From: an uncultured Acidimicrobiaceae bacterium
GTDB lineage: Bacteria; Actinomycetota; Acidimicrobiia; Acidimicrobiales; RAAP-2
Assembly (NCBI GenBank): GCA_963755495.1
Contig: CAVWJS010000012.1
Span: 262,423-326,422 of the forward strand
Direction of reading: 5' to 3'
Length of the DNA: 64,000 nucleotides
Part shown: one piece after another, positions 26,287-35,324 of the stretch
Numbering within the stretch: position 1 is the stretch's first letter
Layout of the letters: each line of letters begins with the position of its first letter
The notes under the pieces: generated by a model
Database searches by the model: none
Seen by the model: only the letters and a program-made list of their open reading frames with translations
Told to the model about the DNA's origin: nothing
Made by a program: the position numbers and the translations under genes

Positions 26287-27435
26287 ATGACCATGATCTC
26301 TCGAACAGTCGTCAACCGGCGCAGCGGACCTGTCTTCGACTTCATACTCGTCCTGGCCACGGTTATCGTCGCTGGGATCGGTGTGGTCATGGTGTATTCC
26401 GCCACTCGGGGCTCCTTGTTGGCGTTGGGGGACGACCCACACCTCTACCTGAAGAAACAGGCATTGTTCGTCGTGTTGGGCGTCATTGTCATGGCCATCT
26501 TCGCCGTATTCGACTACAGACGCCTCGAACCCGTTGCCATACTCCTCTACCTGCTGTCTGTACTGTCGCTCCTGGGGGTGATGGCGGTCGGGAGCCACGC
26601 GCAGGGAGCGCAACGCTGGTTCAGCCTGGGACCTATCCAGATTCAACCTTCGGAATTCGCAGTGATCGGCTTGATCCTGGGAGTAGCGGCCTACTGCGAT
26701 CGTCGAAATGACGAAGGGTTGGCGTGGAAGGACGTGTTCAAGCTGTTGATCATGTCCGGGATCCCGATCGGCCTGGTGCTCATCCAGCCTGACCTGGGTA
26801 CCGCAATCATCATGATGATCGTCTTGCTGGTCATGCTGGCCGTGGCGGGGTTGCCGATGCGGATTCTGGTCTTCCTGGTCATCGGGGTGATCCTGGTGGC
26901 CCTGGTGGCGGCGGAAACAGGAATCCTGCACGGCTATCAGATCGCTCGCCTCACAACCTTTTTAAATCCGAATTCGACGAGTACCAATCAGCAAGTGATC
27001 TCTGCCATTTACAACACCACCCAGGCCAAGAACGCCATTGGCTCCGGAGGATTTCTCGGTACCGGCCTCCTGCACGGAGCGCAGACCAATCTGGGGTACG
27101 TGCCTGAGCAGTCGACCGACTTCATCTTCACCGCCGTGGGCGAACAACTCGGCTTCGTGGGCGCGGTCGGCTTGCTGGCGCTCCTGGGCGTCATTGCCTG
27201 GAGGGTCCTGCACGCGGCCGGGCAATCACGCGACGTCTTCGGTCGTTTGCTCTGCACCGGGCTCTTTACGTTCGTTGCTTTCAGCGTGTTCCAGAATGCG
27301 GGCATGACGATGGGCATCATGCCGATCACCGGTATCCCTCTCCCTTTCGTGAGCTATGGGGGCACTGCGGTGATCTCTTTCTTCCTGGCCATCGGGCTGG
27401 CCCTCAGTGTGGGCGCGCACCGGAGAATGCGATGA
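26287..27435 (+). CDS. FtsW/RodA/SpoVE (SEDS) family peptidoglycan glycosyltransferase, RodA-like
   Basis: Lies in ORF 26227..27435. I chose ATG 26287 to avoid overlapping the divergent MscS start. SEDS motifs are QPSEFAVIGLIL, PEQSTDFIFTAVGEQLGFVG and TGIPLPFVSYGGTAV. Confidence 0.8.
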   Translation: MTMISRTVVNRRSGPVFDFILVLATVIVAGIGVVMVYSATRGSLLALGDDPHLYLKKQALFVVLGVIVMAIFAVFDYRRLEPVAILLYLLSVLSLLGVMAVGSHAQGAQRWFSLGPIQIQPSEFAVIGLILGVAAYCDRRNDEGLAWKDVFKLLIMSGIPIGLVLIQPDLGTAIIMMIVLLVMLAVAGLPMRILVFLVIGVILVALVAAETGILHGYQIARLTTFLNPNSTSTNQQVISAIYNTTQAKNAIGSGGFLGTGLLHGAQTNLGYVPEQSTDFIFTAVGEQLGFVGAVGLLALLGVIAWRVLHAAGQSRDVFGRLLCTGLFTFVAFSVFQNAGMTMGIMPITGIPLPFVSYGGTAVISFFLAIGLALSVGAHRRMR

Positions 27436-27893
27436 CCGCTCTGGAGGACACCACTGCCCCTCTTCCGCCGGCCTTCCGCGTGATGGACGTCGAAGATGTA
27501 TCGCTCGACCTGCCTTCACAGTTCCCGCTGGTGACCCTCGTGGAGTCAGAGTCACCAATGCGAACGCTGGCCTTCCCGGTGGGGCTCACCGAGGGAACTG
27601 CACTCTCGCTGGCAATGCGACGGATGGATTCGCCGCGACCTCTGACCCATGAGTTGTTCGCGCAGGTCCTGCAACGCGTGCACATCGACGTCATCGCAGT
27701 GCGCCTCATCGGTCGGGATCAGGGTAACTATCTCGCCGAGCTCGATGTCATGGCGCAAAACGGGCGCGAGCGCATTCTGTGTCGCCCCTCCGACGGCTTG
27801 GTGTTGGCCCAGCGCATGCCGGTTGCGGCGCCGATCCTGGTGGACGAGCGTCTGCTCGACGAAGCAGGCGACGTCGTGCCGCAGCCGAACTGA
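27432..27893 (+). CDS. DUF151 'bifunctional nuclease' family protein
   Basis: ORF 27432..27893. Its ATGA start overlaps the SEDS gene stop. The region ...LAFPVGLTEGTALSLAMRRMDSPRPLTHELFAQVL...AVRLIG..QGNYLAELDV...ILCRPSDGLVLAQRM..PILVDERLLDEAG fits the DUF151 pattern. Confidence 0.8.
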   Translation: MTALEDTTAPLPPAFRVMDVEDVSLDLPSQFPLVTLVESESPMRTLAFPVGLTEGTALSLAMRRMDSPRPLTHELFAQVLQRVHIDVIAVRLIGRDQGNYLAELDVMAQNGRERILCRPSDGLVLAQRMPVAAPILVDERLLDEAGDVVPQPN

Positions 27894-27896
27894 GGA

Positions 27897-29279
27897 TCAG
27901 GTTGGCACCATCGGGCGCTCGCCTGGCTGTATGACGCCCGACGACAGATCGGCCTGTATCTTCTGTGCTCCCTCATCGGAGATGCGCATGAGGAGGGCGA
28001 GGAGCACGTAGTTGGCGAGGAGCGATGAGCCTCCATAGGCCACGAAGGGCAGCGTGATACCGGTCAAGGGTAAGAGCCGAATCACTCCCGCCATAATGAA
28101 GAAGGCCTGAAACCCGACGATGATCGTCAGGCCGGTCGCCATGAGGCGAGAGAAGTCCGAGCGCGCCGTCTGGGCGATACGCATGCCTGCGCCGACAAGG
28201 AGGGTGTAGGCGAACGTCACCGCCACCGCCCCGATCATTCCCAGTTCGATAGCAATGGCGGCAAAGATCAGGTCGCTGGAGATTTCAGGAATGATGACCG
28301 GGGAGTTGAACAGCCCCAGGCCAGTACCCCCGATACCTCCGTCGCCCAGGCCGAACTGGGTCGCCGCCAGCTGCGTCAACCCGGGATTGGTCTTCGTGGG
28401 CCAAGGGTCGAGCCATTGTTCGACCCTGACATGGACCTGACTGAAATAGTGCGCGGCGAAGATGGCACCGACAACGAAGAGCACGAAGCCGAACACCAGG
28501 TAGCCGACGCGACCGGTGGTTACCCAGAGTAATCCGATGAACAGCGTGAACAGCAGGGCGGCGAAACCGATGTCGTCTTCCAACCCGATGATCGCCATGG
28601 CGACGCCCCAGGCCAGGAGGATCGGAATCAGGGGGCGGGGATCGAGTACGAGCCGGTTTCCTATGCGGGCCGTTGGTATGGAGAGCAACTCTTTGTTGGA
28701 GGCGAAGTAGGAGGCGAAGAATATGCAGAGGAGGATCTTGGAGAATTCAACCGGCTGGAATTCGAAACTGGAGAAGTGGATCCACAGCCTCGCCCCGTTG
28801 ATGGGAGTAAAGAACAACGGGGCCACCAACAGCAGACCGCCGACCAACAGCAGCAGGTAGCGGTAGCGCTCCAGATCCCTGGAGAAGCGGACTCCGAGCA
28901 AGGTGACGACATAGAGGCCTATGCCGATGGCGGCCCAGCCGGCTTGTGACTTCGCGAAGGCAGGGTCCCACCGGGCGATCACGACGTAACCGATGCCGTT
29001 GAGCAGTGCGGCCAGAGGAAGGATGACCGCATTGGCTTGGGGGACCAACCAGCGATTGGCCATGTGGGCCACCAGTGAGAGGCCCAACACGACGCCGAGG
29101 AAGGGGCCGATGTGGGGGGGGATTTTCGACTTGTTGGCCATCTCGGCGATGACGTAGAGGGCGACGGTGATCACCGCGGCGAATACGAGCAGGCCGAGTT
29201 CGGTGCGGCGCTTGGGTTTGGGGCCGATCACGTAGCGCGGAATCCGTGTATGACGGGTTCGTGACGGCACTCTTCGCAT
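27897..29279 (-). CDS. FtsW/RodA/SpoVE (SEDS) family protein, FtsW-like
   Basis: Lies in ORF 27897..29378. I chose ATG 29279 (MRRVPSRTRHTR...) as the start. Motifs are FQPVEFSKILLCIFFASY, SDLIFAAIAIELGMIGA and TGITLPFVAYGGSSLL. Confidence 0.8.
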   Translation of the reverse strand: MRRVPSRTRHTRIPRYVIGPKPKRRTELGLLVFAAVITVALYVIAEMANKSKIPPHIGPFLGVVLGLSLVAHMANRWLVPQANAVILPLAALLNGIGYVVIARWDPAFAKSQAGWAAIGIGLYVVTLLGVRFSRDLERYRYLLLLVGGLLLVAPLFFTPINGARLWIHFSSFEFQPVEFSKILLCIFFASYFASNKELLSIPTARIGNRLVLDPRPLIPILLAWGVAMAIIGLEDDIGFAALLFTLFIGLLWVTTGRVGYLVFGFVLFVVGAIFAAHYFSQVHVRVEQWLDPWPTKTNPGLTQLAATQFGLGDGGIGGTGLGLFNSPVIIPEISSDLIFAAIAIELGMIGAVAVTFAYTLLVGAGMRIAQTARSDFSRLMATGLTIIVGFQAFFIMAGVIRLLPLTGITLPFVAYGGSSLLANYVLLALLMRISDEGAQKIQADLSSGVIQPGERPMVPT

Positions 29280-29313
29280 CGTAGTTGTGCCAAGTAGGAT
29301 GGTGGGTGACACC

Positions 29314-31509
29314 ATGACCGCCGATCCCGATCTGATGACGCCGCCTTGGGAATCCCATGAGCGGCCCACGCCGCCCACGCTGCAACAGATAGAGGCCTTC
29401 GGGTATCAGCGGTTCACGAACCGGGAGCAATCGCGTCTCGATTTCGGCGCGCGCTTGCTTGATCTGGCTGAGGACGACAGTGTCCCGTTGCTGGAGCGGA
29501 CCAAGTTCATGGCCATCTTCTCGGAGCTGCTCGACGAGTTCTATCAGGTCCGCGTGGCTGCCCTGGAGGATCAGGTGGCCGCTGGCGTGCGCACCCGCTC
29601 GGTCGACGGATTGCGACCGGGTGAGCAGTTGAAGATGATCCGGGCGCGGGTCGAGGAACTGGTGAGCCGCCAGGACGCCATCTTCCTCCATCAAATCGTC
29701 CCGGCACTGGCGGACGCCGGTGTGCGCTTCTCGGACTGGTCCTCGCTCGATGACGATGATCGGATCCACCTCGTCGACGTCTTCCAGCGTCAGATCTTTC
29801 CCGTTCTCACGCCGCTGGCAGTCGACCCGGGTCACCCGTTTCCCTACATCTCGAACCTGTCGCTCAACCTGGTGATCCAGGTACAGGATCCCTCAACGGG
29901 CGAACGCCGGATCGCCCGCGTCAAGGTGCCGCCGGTCCTGCCGCGTTTCGTGGTGATGCCCGACGGCGAGCGGTTCGTCCCTTTGGAACAGGTGATCGCG
30001 GCGCACCTCGAGACGCTGTTCCCCGGGATGAGCGTGGGGGAGCACTACGCCTTCCGGGTAACGCGCAACGCTGATCTGGCTCTTGAAGAAGACGAGGCTG
30101 ACGACCTTCTGGTGGCCATCGAGATGGAACTTCGCCGTCGGCGCTTCGGCCGGGCATTGCGGCTCGAAGTCGGTGCGGACATGAACGACGAACTCGTCGA
30201 ACTGTTGTCGACGGAGCTCGAGGTGGCGGCCGACGGCGTCTTTCGCGTCGGGGCGCCCTTGGATCTGAGCGGCCTGTGGGGGGTCTACGCGCTCGACCGT
30301 CCCGACCTGCACGTCGAGACCTGGACGCCGATGACGCCGGCTCGCCTGGCCACGGCGGCCCACGAGCCAACTGAGCTCTTTGCGCAACTGCGCGAACGCG
30401 ACGTGCTGGTGCATCATCCCTACGACTCGTTCGCCACGTCGGTGGAGGCGTTCATCGCACAAGCAGCCGAAGACCCGGCGGTTCTCGGGATCAAGCAAAC
30501 TCTCTACCGCACCGGCGGTGACAGCCCGATCGTGGCCTCTCTGATCCGGGCGGCCGAGAACGGCAAGCAGGTGGCGGCCATCGTCGAGCTGAAGGCGCGC
30601 TTCGACGAAGAGGCGAACATCGGTTGGGCCCGTGCCTTGGAAGAGGCGGGCGTCCACGTTGTCTACGGGATCGTGGGCCTCAAGACGCACTCGAAGACTG
30701 CGCTCGTGCTCCGGCGCGAAGAAGAAGGCGTGCGACACTACTGCCACGTAGGAACGGGGAACTACAACTCCAAGACGGCGCGGGTCTACGAGGACATCGG
30801 GCTCCTCACGGCGAATGAGGAAGTGGGGAGCGATGTGGGGGAGTTGTTCAACTACCTCACCGGCTTCTCGCGGCATGCCGACTACCGCCAGATCCTTGTG
30901 TCGCCGGTCACGGTCCGCAAGCGGATTCTGGCCATGATCGAAGAGCAGACCGAAGCGGGTCCCGAGGGTCGCATCGTGCTCAAGCTGAACGGGTTGACCG
31001 ACGCCCCCATGATCGACGCCCTTTATCGCGCCTCTGGGGCGGGTGTACCGATCGATCTCTCCGTGCGGGGCTTGTGCCGTCTGCGCCCCGGCATTCCCGA
31101 GTTGTCCGACAACATCTCGGTACGCTCGTTGGTCGGAAGCTTCCTCGAGCATTCGCGGATCTATCGTTTCGGCGGGGTGCCAAAGAACCCTGACATTGGA
31201 CCGGGATTGCCACTCAAGCTCTATATCGGCTCCGCCGATCTGATGGGCCGCAACCTGGATCGACGGGTGGAGGTTCTCGCCCCGATCAGTGACCCCGAGC
31301 TTCAAGCGCGCCTTTTCGAGATCCTCGACCTCGTCTTCGCCGATGAGACCAACACGTGGCAGCTCGGCTCGGACCGTCGCTGGAGGCGCGTGGAGAACGT
31401 GCACGGGGTCAGCGCGCAGAGTCGGCTGAAGGAGCTGGCTATCGAGCGGGCCCGTCGCCGTCGCGACAGCGAGATCTTTCTCGGCGACGAGGAGCGGGCG
31501 GACAGCTAG
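29314..31509 (+). CDS. ppk1: polyphosphate kinase 1
   Basis: Lies in ORF 29287..31509. Possible starts are GTG 29287, ATG 29299 and ATG 29314. It shows FTNREQSRLDFGARLL, KTHSKTALVLRRE, HVGTGNYNSKTA and FLEHSRIYRFG. Confidence 0.9.
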   Translation: MTADPDLMTPPWESHERPTPPTLQQIEAFGYQRFTNREQSRLDFGARLLDLAEDDSVPLLERTKFMAIFSELLDEFYQVRVAALEDQVAAGVRTRSVDGLRPGEQLKMIRARVEELVSRQDAIFLHQIVPALADAGVRFSDWSSLDDDDRIHLVDVFQRQIFPVLTPLAVDPGHPFPYISNLSLNLVIQVQDPSTGERRIARVKVPPVLPRFVVMPDGERFVPLEQVIAAHLETLFPGMSVGEHYAFRVTRNADLALEEDEADDLLVAIEMELRRRRFGRALRLEVGADMNDELVELLSTELEVAADGVFRVGAPLDLSGLWGVYALDRPDLHVETWTPMTPARLATAAHEPTELFAQLRERDVLVHHPYDSFATSVEAFIAQAAEDPAVLGIKQTLYRTGGDSPIVASLIRAAENGKQVAAIVELKARFDEEANIGWARALEEAGVHVVYGIVGLKTHSKTALVLRREEEGVRHYCHVGTGNYNSKTARVYEDIGLLTANEEVGSDVGELFNYLTGFSRHADYRQILVSPVTVRKRILAMIEEQTEAGPEGRIVLKLNGLTDAPMIDALYRASGAGVPIDLSVRGLCRLRPGIPELSDNISVRSLVGSFLEHSRIYRFGGVPKNPDIGPGLPLKLYIGSADLMGRNLDRRVEVLAPISDPELQARLFEILDLVFADETNTWQLGSDRRWRRVENVHGVSAQSRLKELAIERARRRRDSEIFLGDEERADS

Positions 31510-31513
31510 GGGG

Positions 31514-32185
31514 TCAGTGCAGGAGGCTCGAGACCACGTTGATGACGAGAGCCACGATCACCGCGCCGAACAAGTACGACAGCAACGCATGGATAAGGGC
31601 GACGCGGCGCATCGGCTTCGAGGTCAAGTTGGTGTCCGAAACCTGGAACGTCATGCCGATCGTGACGGCGAGGTACGCAAAGTCGAGATAGGTCGGCGGG
31701 TCGTCTTCGTTGAAGTCAATGCCGCCCTCGGGCGCGCTGTAATACTGCCGGGCGTAGCGCAGCGTGAAGGTGGTATGGACCAGAGCCCACGACAGGGCGA
31801 CGCTGACCACGCCGAGCGCGATCAGGTACGCCTTGGTGCCGCCGCTCGTGCTGGCCGCCCGTACGAGCAGCAAGGCCACTGCGGCCAGTACGGCCACTCC
31901 GGCGGTGAGAACCAGTAACTCGGAGAGCGGCGCGCTCGGATCCTCCCGGAGCGCACTTTCCTTGGTCTTGGCCGCGCTCAAATGGCCATGGGAGAACCAG
32001 ATGGAAGCGAGGAGGGTCGCCACGGCCACATCCCAGCCCACCAGAACGGCCGGCTGCCAAATGGTGTAGCGCGAGCTGAACATGGAGAACACGATCCCCG
32101 CCGCGGCACCCACCACCGAGCTGACCGTCACCCGTGTGCCGGCGGAGGCTTGCATCCGCGTCCTCACACTGTGCCCGTGGCTCAT
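31514..32185 (-). CDS. DUF1345 family membrane protein
   Basis: ORF 31514..32185. It has multiple TM segments, and ...HTTFTLRYARQYY....GGIDFN.DDPPTYLDFAYLAVTIGMTFQVSDT matches my memory of the DUF1345 core. Confidence 0.75.
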   Translation of the reverse strand: MSHGHSVRTRMQASAGTRVTVSSVVGAAAGIVFSMFSSRYTIWQPAVLVGWDVAVATLLASIWFSHGHLSAAKTKESALREDPSAPLSELLVLTAGVAVLAAVALLLVRAASTSGGTKAYLIALGVVSVALSWALVHTTFTLRYARQYYSAPEGGIDFNEDDPPTYLDFAYLAVTIGMTFQVSDTNLTSKPMRRVALIHALLSYLFGAVIVALVINVVSSLLH

Positions 32186-32420
32186 GGGCGCATCGTAGGG
32201 CCGCTCCCTCCCCTGCCGAGGGACCGGGGTGTACTATGGGGGTGCCTTCAACAGAGAGGGTTTGAGAGGGATGGCCCTTCCGGCAGCCCCCGACAACCTT
32301 GGAGATACGACGACATGTCGAACACCTCACTGTCGGTCGCTGGGAGCCTCACCCCGTTACCACCGGGTACCTCCCCCCTTTGCCCTGGGGCGCTTTTCGA
32401 CTTGACCCCGCCCGTGCCAG

Positions 32421-32726
32421 GTGCACGTGGGCGCCGGGGCGTCGCCCTCGGCACCCGCACATAACGTGTCAAGCGCTGACCATTCCTTGTCCGATTTCTC
32501 CATTGGCGCAAGTTTTGTGGACGGGTCCGTCCAGTTTCTGGGGGCCCTTCGCTCGTGCGAGGTGATCGCGCAGGCACAGGGTGTGCTCATGGAACGCGAC
32601 GGGCTGGCCGAGGTCGACGCCTCTCGCGCGCTCCGAATGCTCTCGCTCGAGAACGGCCAGCCATGGCAGGAGCGCGCAGAAGACATTGTCGACTTCACTC
32701 GTCGCCCAAACCGCACCGATGGCTGA
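32421..32726 (+). CDS. small ANTAR domain protein (RNA-binding antiterminator-type output domain without a recognisable sensor domain)
   Basis: ORF 32421..32726. LGALRSCEVIAQAQGVLMERDGLAEVDASRALRMLSLENGQPWQERAEDIV fits the ANTAR helices (IxqAxGxLM...eAfxxLrxxS). The start is uncertain (GTG 32421, 32427 or 32466). Confidence 0.6.
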   Translation: MHVGAGASPSAPAHNVSSADHSLSDFSIGASFVDGSVQFLGALRSCEVIAQAQGVLMERDGLAEVDASRALRMLSLENGQPWQERAEDIVDFTRRPNRTDG

Positions 32727-33018
32727 CGTCCCGACTGATCAACTCGATTTCTTCCGCCGGGACGCAGCACTCTCGCACGGTGAGTTGTGGTTGCGGTACT
32801 TCGAATTGGGCGGCATGAGCACGGGCTTTGAGCTCGAGGCCTTTCTCTATGGCGCCCTTGAGCCGAGCCGCCATGATCACGACGTGATCGCCCATGCCCT
32901 CAACGAACGGTTCGTCGAACTGGGAGGGAATCACCCCGTGCCGTACATCGAGGATCGGGATGACGGCGACGGCCGGAGCGACCGTCGACGGCGAAGCGGC
33001 GACCCCGATCCGGTGTAG
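32719..33018 (+). CDS. hypothetical protein translationally coupled to the ANTAR gene
   Basis: This is the tail of ORF 32581..33018, from ATG 32719, which overlaps the ANTAR stop by 8 nt (ATGGCTGA). It reads MADVPTDQLDFFRRDAALSHGELWLRYFELGGMSTGFELEAFLYGALEPSRHDHDVIAHALNERF, and I cannot assign a family. Confidence 0.55.
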   Translation: MADVPTDQLDFFRRDAALSHGELWLRYFELGGMSTGFELEAFLYGALEPSRHDHDVIAHALNERFVELGGNHPVPYIEDRDDGDGRSDRRRRSGDPDPV

Positions 33019-33037
33019 CTCGCGTGGTGATCTCGGA

Positions 33038-34138
33038 TTAGTGCAGCAAACCCTGCGGTCCGGAGTCCGACTGCAGCTTGCCGATGGCGAAGCGGGACCG
33101 GCCTAAGCGCAGCGAGAGATACGCCACCCCCCCGAACGGGATGGGGAGCCAGAAGTTCACCAGGCGCCAGCACAGGACGCCCGCCGTCGCCGCCCCGCCG
33201 GCCACGCCGAAGCCGGTGAGCACGGAGACGACGGTCAGTTCGACGACGCCCAAGCCGCCCGGAGTGATGGGGATGACCGCCAGGATGTTGGCCAAGCCGT
33301 ACGCGACCAGGAGGTCGATGGGAGAGACGTGGGCGCCGAACGCGAAGAGGAAGACCCAGAGCGAGGTCGCATCGAGGAGCCAGTTGACCGCAGCCCACGT
33401 GCCGGCCCGGTAGAGCACCTGGGGACTCTTTGTGAGCACCTTCGTTCGGTCGGCCACCTTCTTCACCAGCGATGTCACCGTGTCGGGGTTCACGAACGGC
33501 AGGCGCGACGCCAGGCGGTGCACGAATTGCTCGGCCTGTTTCTCACCCCGGGTGAGAAGCGCGATCAGACCGGCGAAAATCGAGAGCAGCAAGACGCCCA
33601 GAATGGCGGCGAAGCCGTAGAGCGGGTTATAGCCCCGCAGCGGAATGGATACCAGGAGGGCCAGCCAAAAGATGGCGTTGAGCACAACCGCTGACCCGAT
33701 GCCCTGGGTGGCCAACCCGAAAGCGGCCGTGCTGCCCGGCACGTCGGACTCGGTCAGGAGGCGGTAGCTCACGGCCGTCCCCGGCACGGTGCCTCCTGGG
33801 AGGACGTGACTGATGGCCAACGCCCACATGTTGATGCGGAAGATCCGAAACCGCCTTGGCGCGTCCGGGGCGAGGACGGTGTGGGTGAGCTGGGCGTACG
33901 CAGCCAGGGAAGCCAGCTCGAGGGCAGCGCCGAGGATCAGCCAGAGGAAGTTGAGATGGCCGAGCTGGCGGAACTCCTTGCGGGCGTTGGCCAACTCGGG
34001 GAGCAAGATGTACTCACCCACGAAGAAGAGCACCAGGAACATCAGCGTGATCTTCACGTTGCGGGGAATCCAGCGGCGTTTGACCTTGGCCGGTGGGCCT
34101 TCCTCCGGACCGTCGGCGTCGGCGTCCATCCCCTTCAT
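33038..34138 (-). CDS. UPF0104 / lysylphosphatidylglycerol-synthase-TM-like ('flippase-like') membrane protein
   Basis: ORF 33038..34138 (366 aa). About 8 TM segments follow a charged N-terminus (KVKRRWIPRNVK). The internal ...ISHVLPGGTVPGTAVSYRLL... and C-terminal ...ITPGGLGVVE... are typical of the family. Confidence 0.75.
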   Translation of the reverse strand: MKGMDADADGPEEGPPAKVKRRWIPRNVKITLMFLVLFFVGEYILLPELANARKEFRQLGHLNFLWLILGAALELASLAAYAQLTHTVLAPDAPRRFRIFRINMWALAISHVLPGGTVPGTAVSYRLLTESDVPGSTAAFGLATQGIGSAVVLNAIFWLALLVSIPLRGYNPLYGFAAILGVLLLSIFAGLIALLTRGEKQAEQFVHRLASRLPFVNPDTVTSLVKKVADRTKVLTKSPQVLYRAGTWAAVNWLLDATSLWVFLFAFGAHVSPIDLLVAYGLANILAVIPITPGGLGVVELTVVSVLTGFGVAGGAATAGVLCWRLVNFWLPIPFGGVAYLSLRLGRSRFAIGKLQSDSGPQGLLH

Positions 34139-34180
34139 GCTTTCACGTCTTTATCGTCGCAAAGCTGTAATGCTGGCCGC

Positions 34181-35323
34181 ATGGCGGAAGAACACCCGGA
34201 CACCTGGCGTTCCCGGCTCGGTGAGAATGCCGGACGACGCGGCGTGCCGTTGGCCACCATCGTCGTCACGATTGCGGTCGCCATCGCCTTCATCGACCTG
34301 AATGCGGCCCTCATCGTGGGGCTGTGGGTGCTGCGCAAGATCGTCCTCTACATGGTGATCGCCTTCTTCCTCACGGTGCTCTTCACGCCACCCATGCGCT
34401 TCCTGTCGCGGCATGGGTTCTCGCACGGCATGGCGGCCACCGCCATGTTTCTCGGCGGTCTCATCGCCATCGCCGGCCTGGTCTATCTCTTTGCCTCGCC
34501 CCTGGTGACCAGCGCGGTGCACTTCGGGCACCAGATCCCCGACCTCATCAAAAACGCCAAAAAGGGTCGGGGGGTGCTCGGGCGCCTGGTCTACCGGTTG
34601 CACCTCCAGAAGTACCTGTCGGAGGGGTCCGCCAAGATCACAACCCAGATCACCAAGGTGCTCAAGCCGGCCACGGCGTTCTCGGTGGGTGCGGCCGCTC
34701 TGTCCACGCTGGTGACAGTCGGCGCGATCGCCGTCCTGACCTTCTTCAGCATGCTGGAGGCGCCTCGTTTGTGGAAGGGGTTCCTCGGTCTGTTCCACCC
34801 GGCCACCGCCTTGCGAGTGGAGAGGGTGGTCAACGAGTCGATCCGCTCGGTCACGGGCTACATGCTGGGCAACTTCTTGACCTCGGTGATCGCCGGCGTG
34901 ATCATGGGGATCAGCCTGGCCATACTCGGGGTGCCGTTCGCGCTGCTCCTGGGCGCCTTCGTCGCCCTGGTCGACCTGCTCCCCCTCGTCGGCGGCCTCC
35001 TGGCCGGAGTGCCGGTGGTGGTGATCGCCGCCATCCACTCGGTGCCCGCCGGCATCGTGATGCTCGTGGTGTTCCTCACCTACCAACAGATCGAGAATCA
35101 CGTCCTGAATCCGGTCATCATGAGCCGGACCGTCCGGCTCAACCCGTTCTGGGTCCTCCTGGCCGTGTTGATCGGTGCCACCCTGGGCGGTCGCTTCGGT
35201 TCTGACCTGGGCACCTTCGTGGGCGCCCTCATCGGGATCCCTGTGGGTGGGGCGATCCAGGTCGTGGCGCGCGAGTTTCGCCGGGGACCGGGGGCGGCCG
35301 CTACAAGCAGGCCCGTAGCCTAG
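34181..35323 (+). CDS. AI-2E family transporter (PerM/UPF0118)
   Basis: This is the tail of ORF 33806..35323, from ATG 34181. It has multiple TM segments and the C-terminal signature LLPLVGGLLAGVPVVVIA...YQQIENHVLNPVIMSRTV. Confidence 0.85.
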   Translation: MAEEHPDTWRSRLGENAGRRGVPLATIVVTIAVAIAFIDLNAALIVGLWVLRKIVLYMVIAFFLTVLFTPPMRFLSRHGFSHGMAATAMFLGGLIAIAGLVYLFASPLVTSAVHFGHQIPDLIKNAKKGRGVLGRLVYRLHLQKYLSEGSAKITTQITKVLKPATAFSVGAAALSTLVTVGAIAVLTFFSMLEAPRLWKGFLGLFHPATALRVERVVNESIRSVTGYMLGNFLTSVIAGVIMGISLAILGVPFALLLGAFVALVDLLPLVGGLLAGVPVVVIAAIHSVPAGIVMLVVFLTYQQIENHVLNPVIMSRTVRLNPFWVLLAVLIGATLGGRFGSDLGTFVGALIGIPVGGAIQVVAREFRRGPGAAATSRPVA

Positions 35324-35324
35324 A

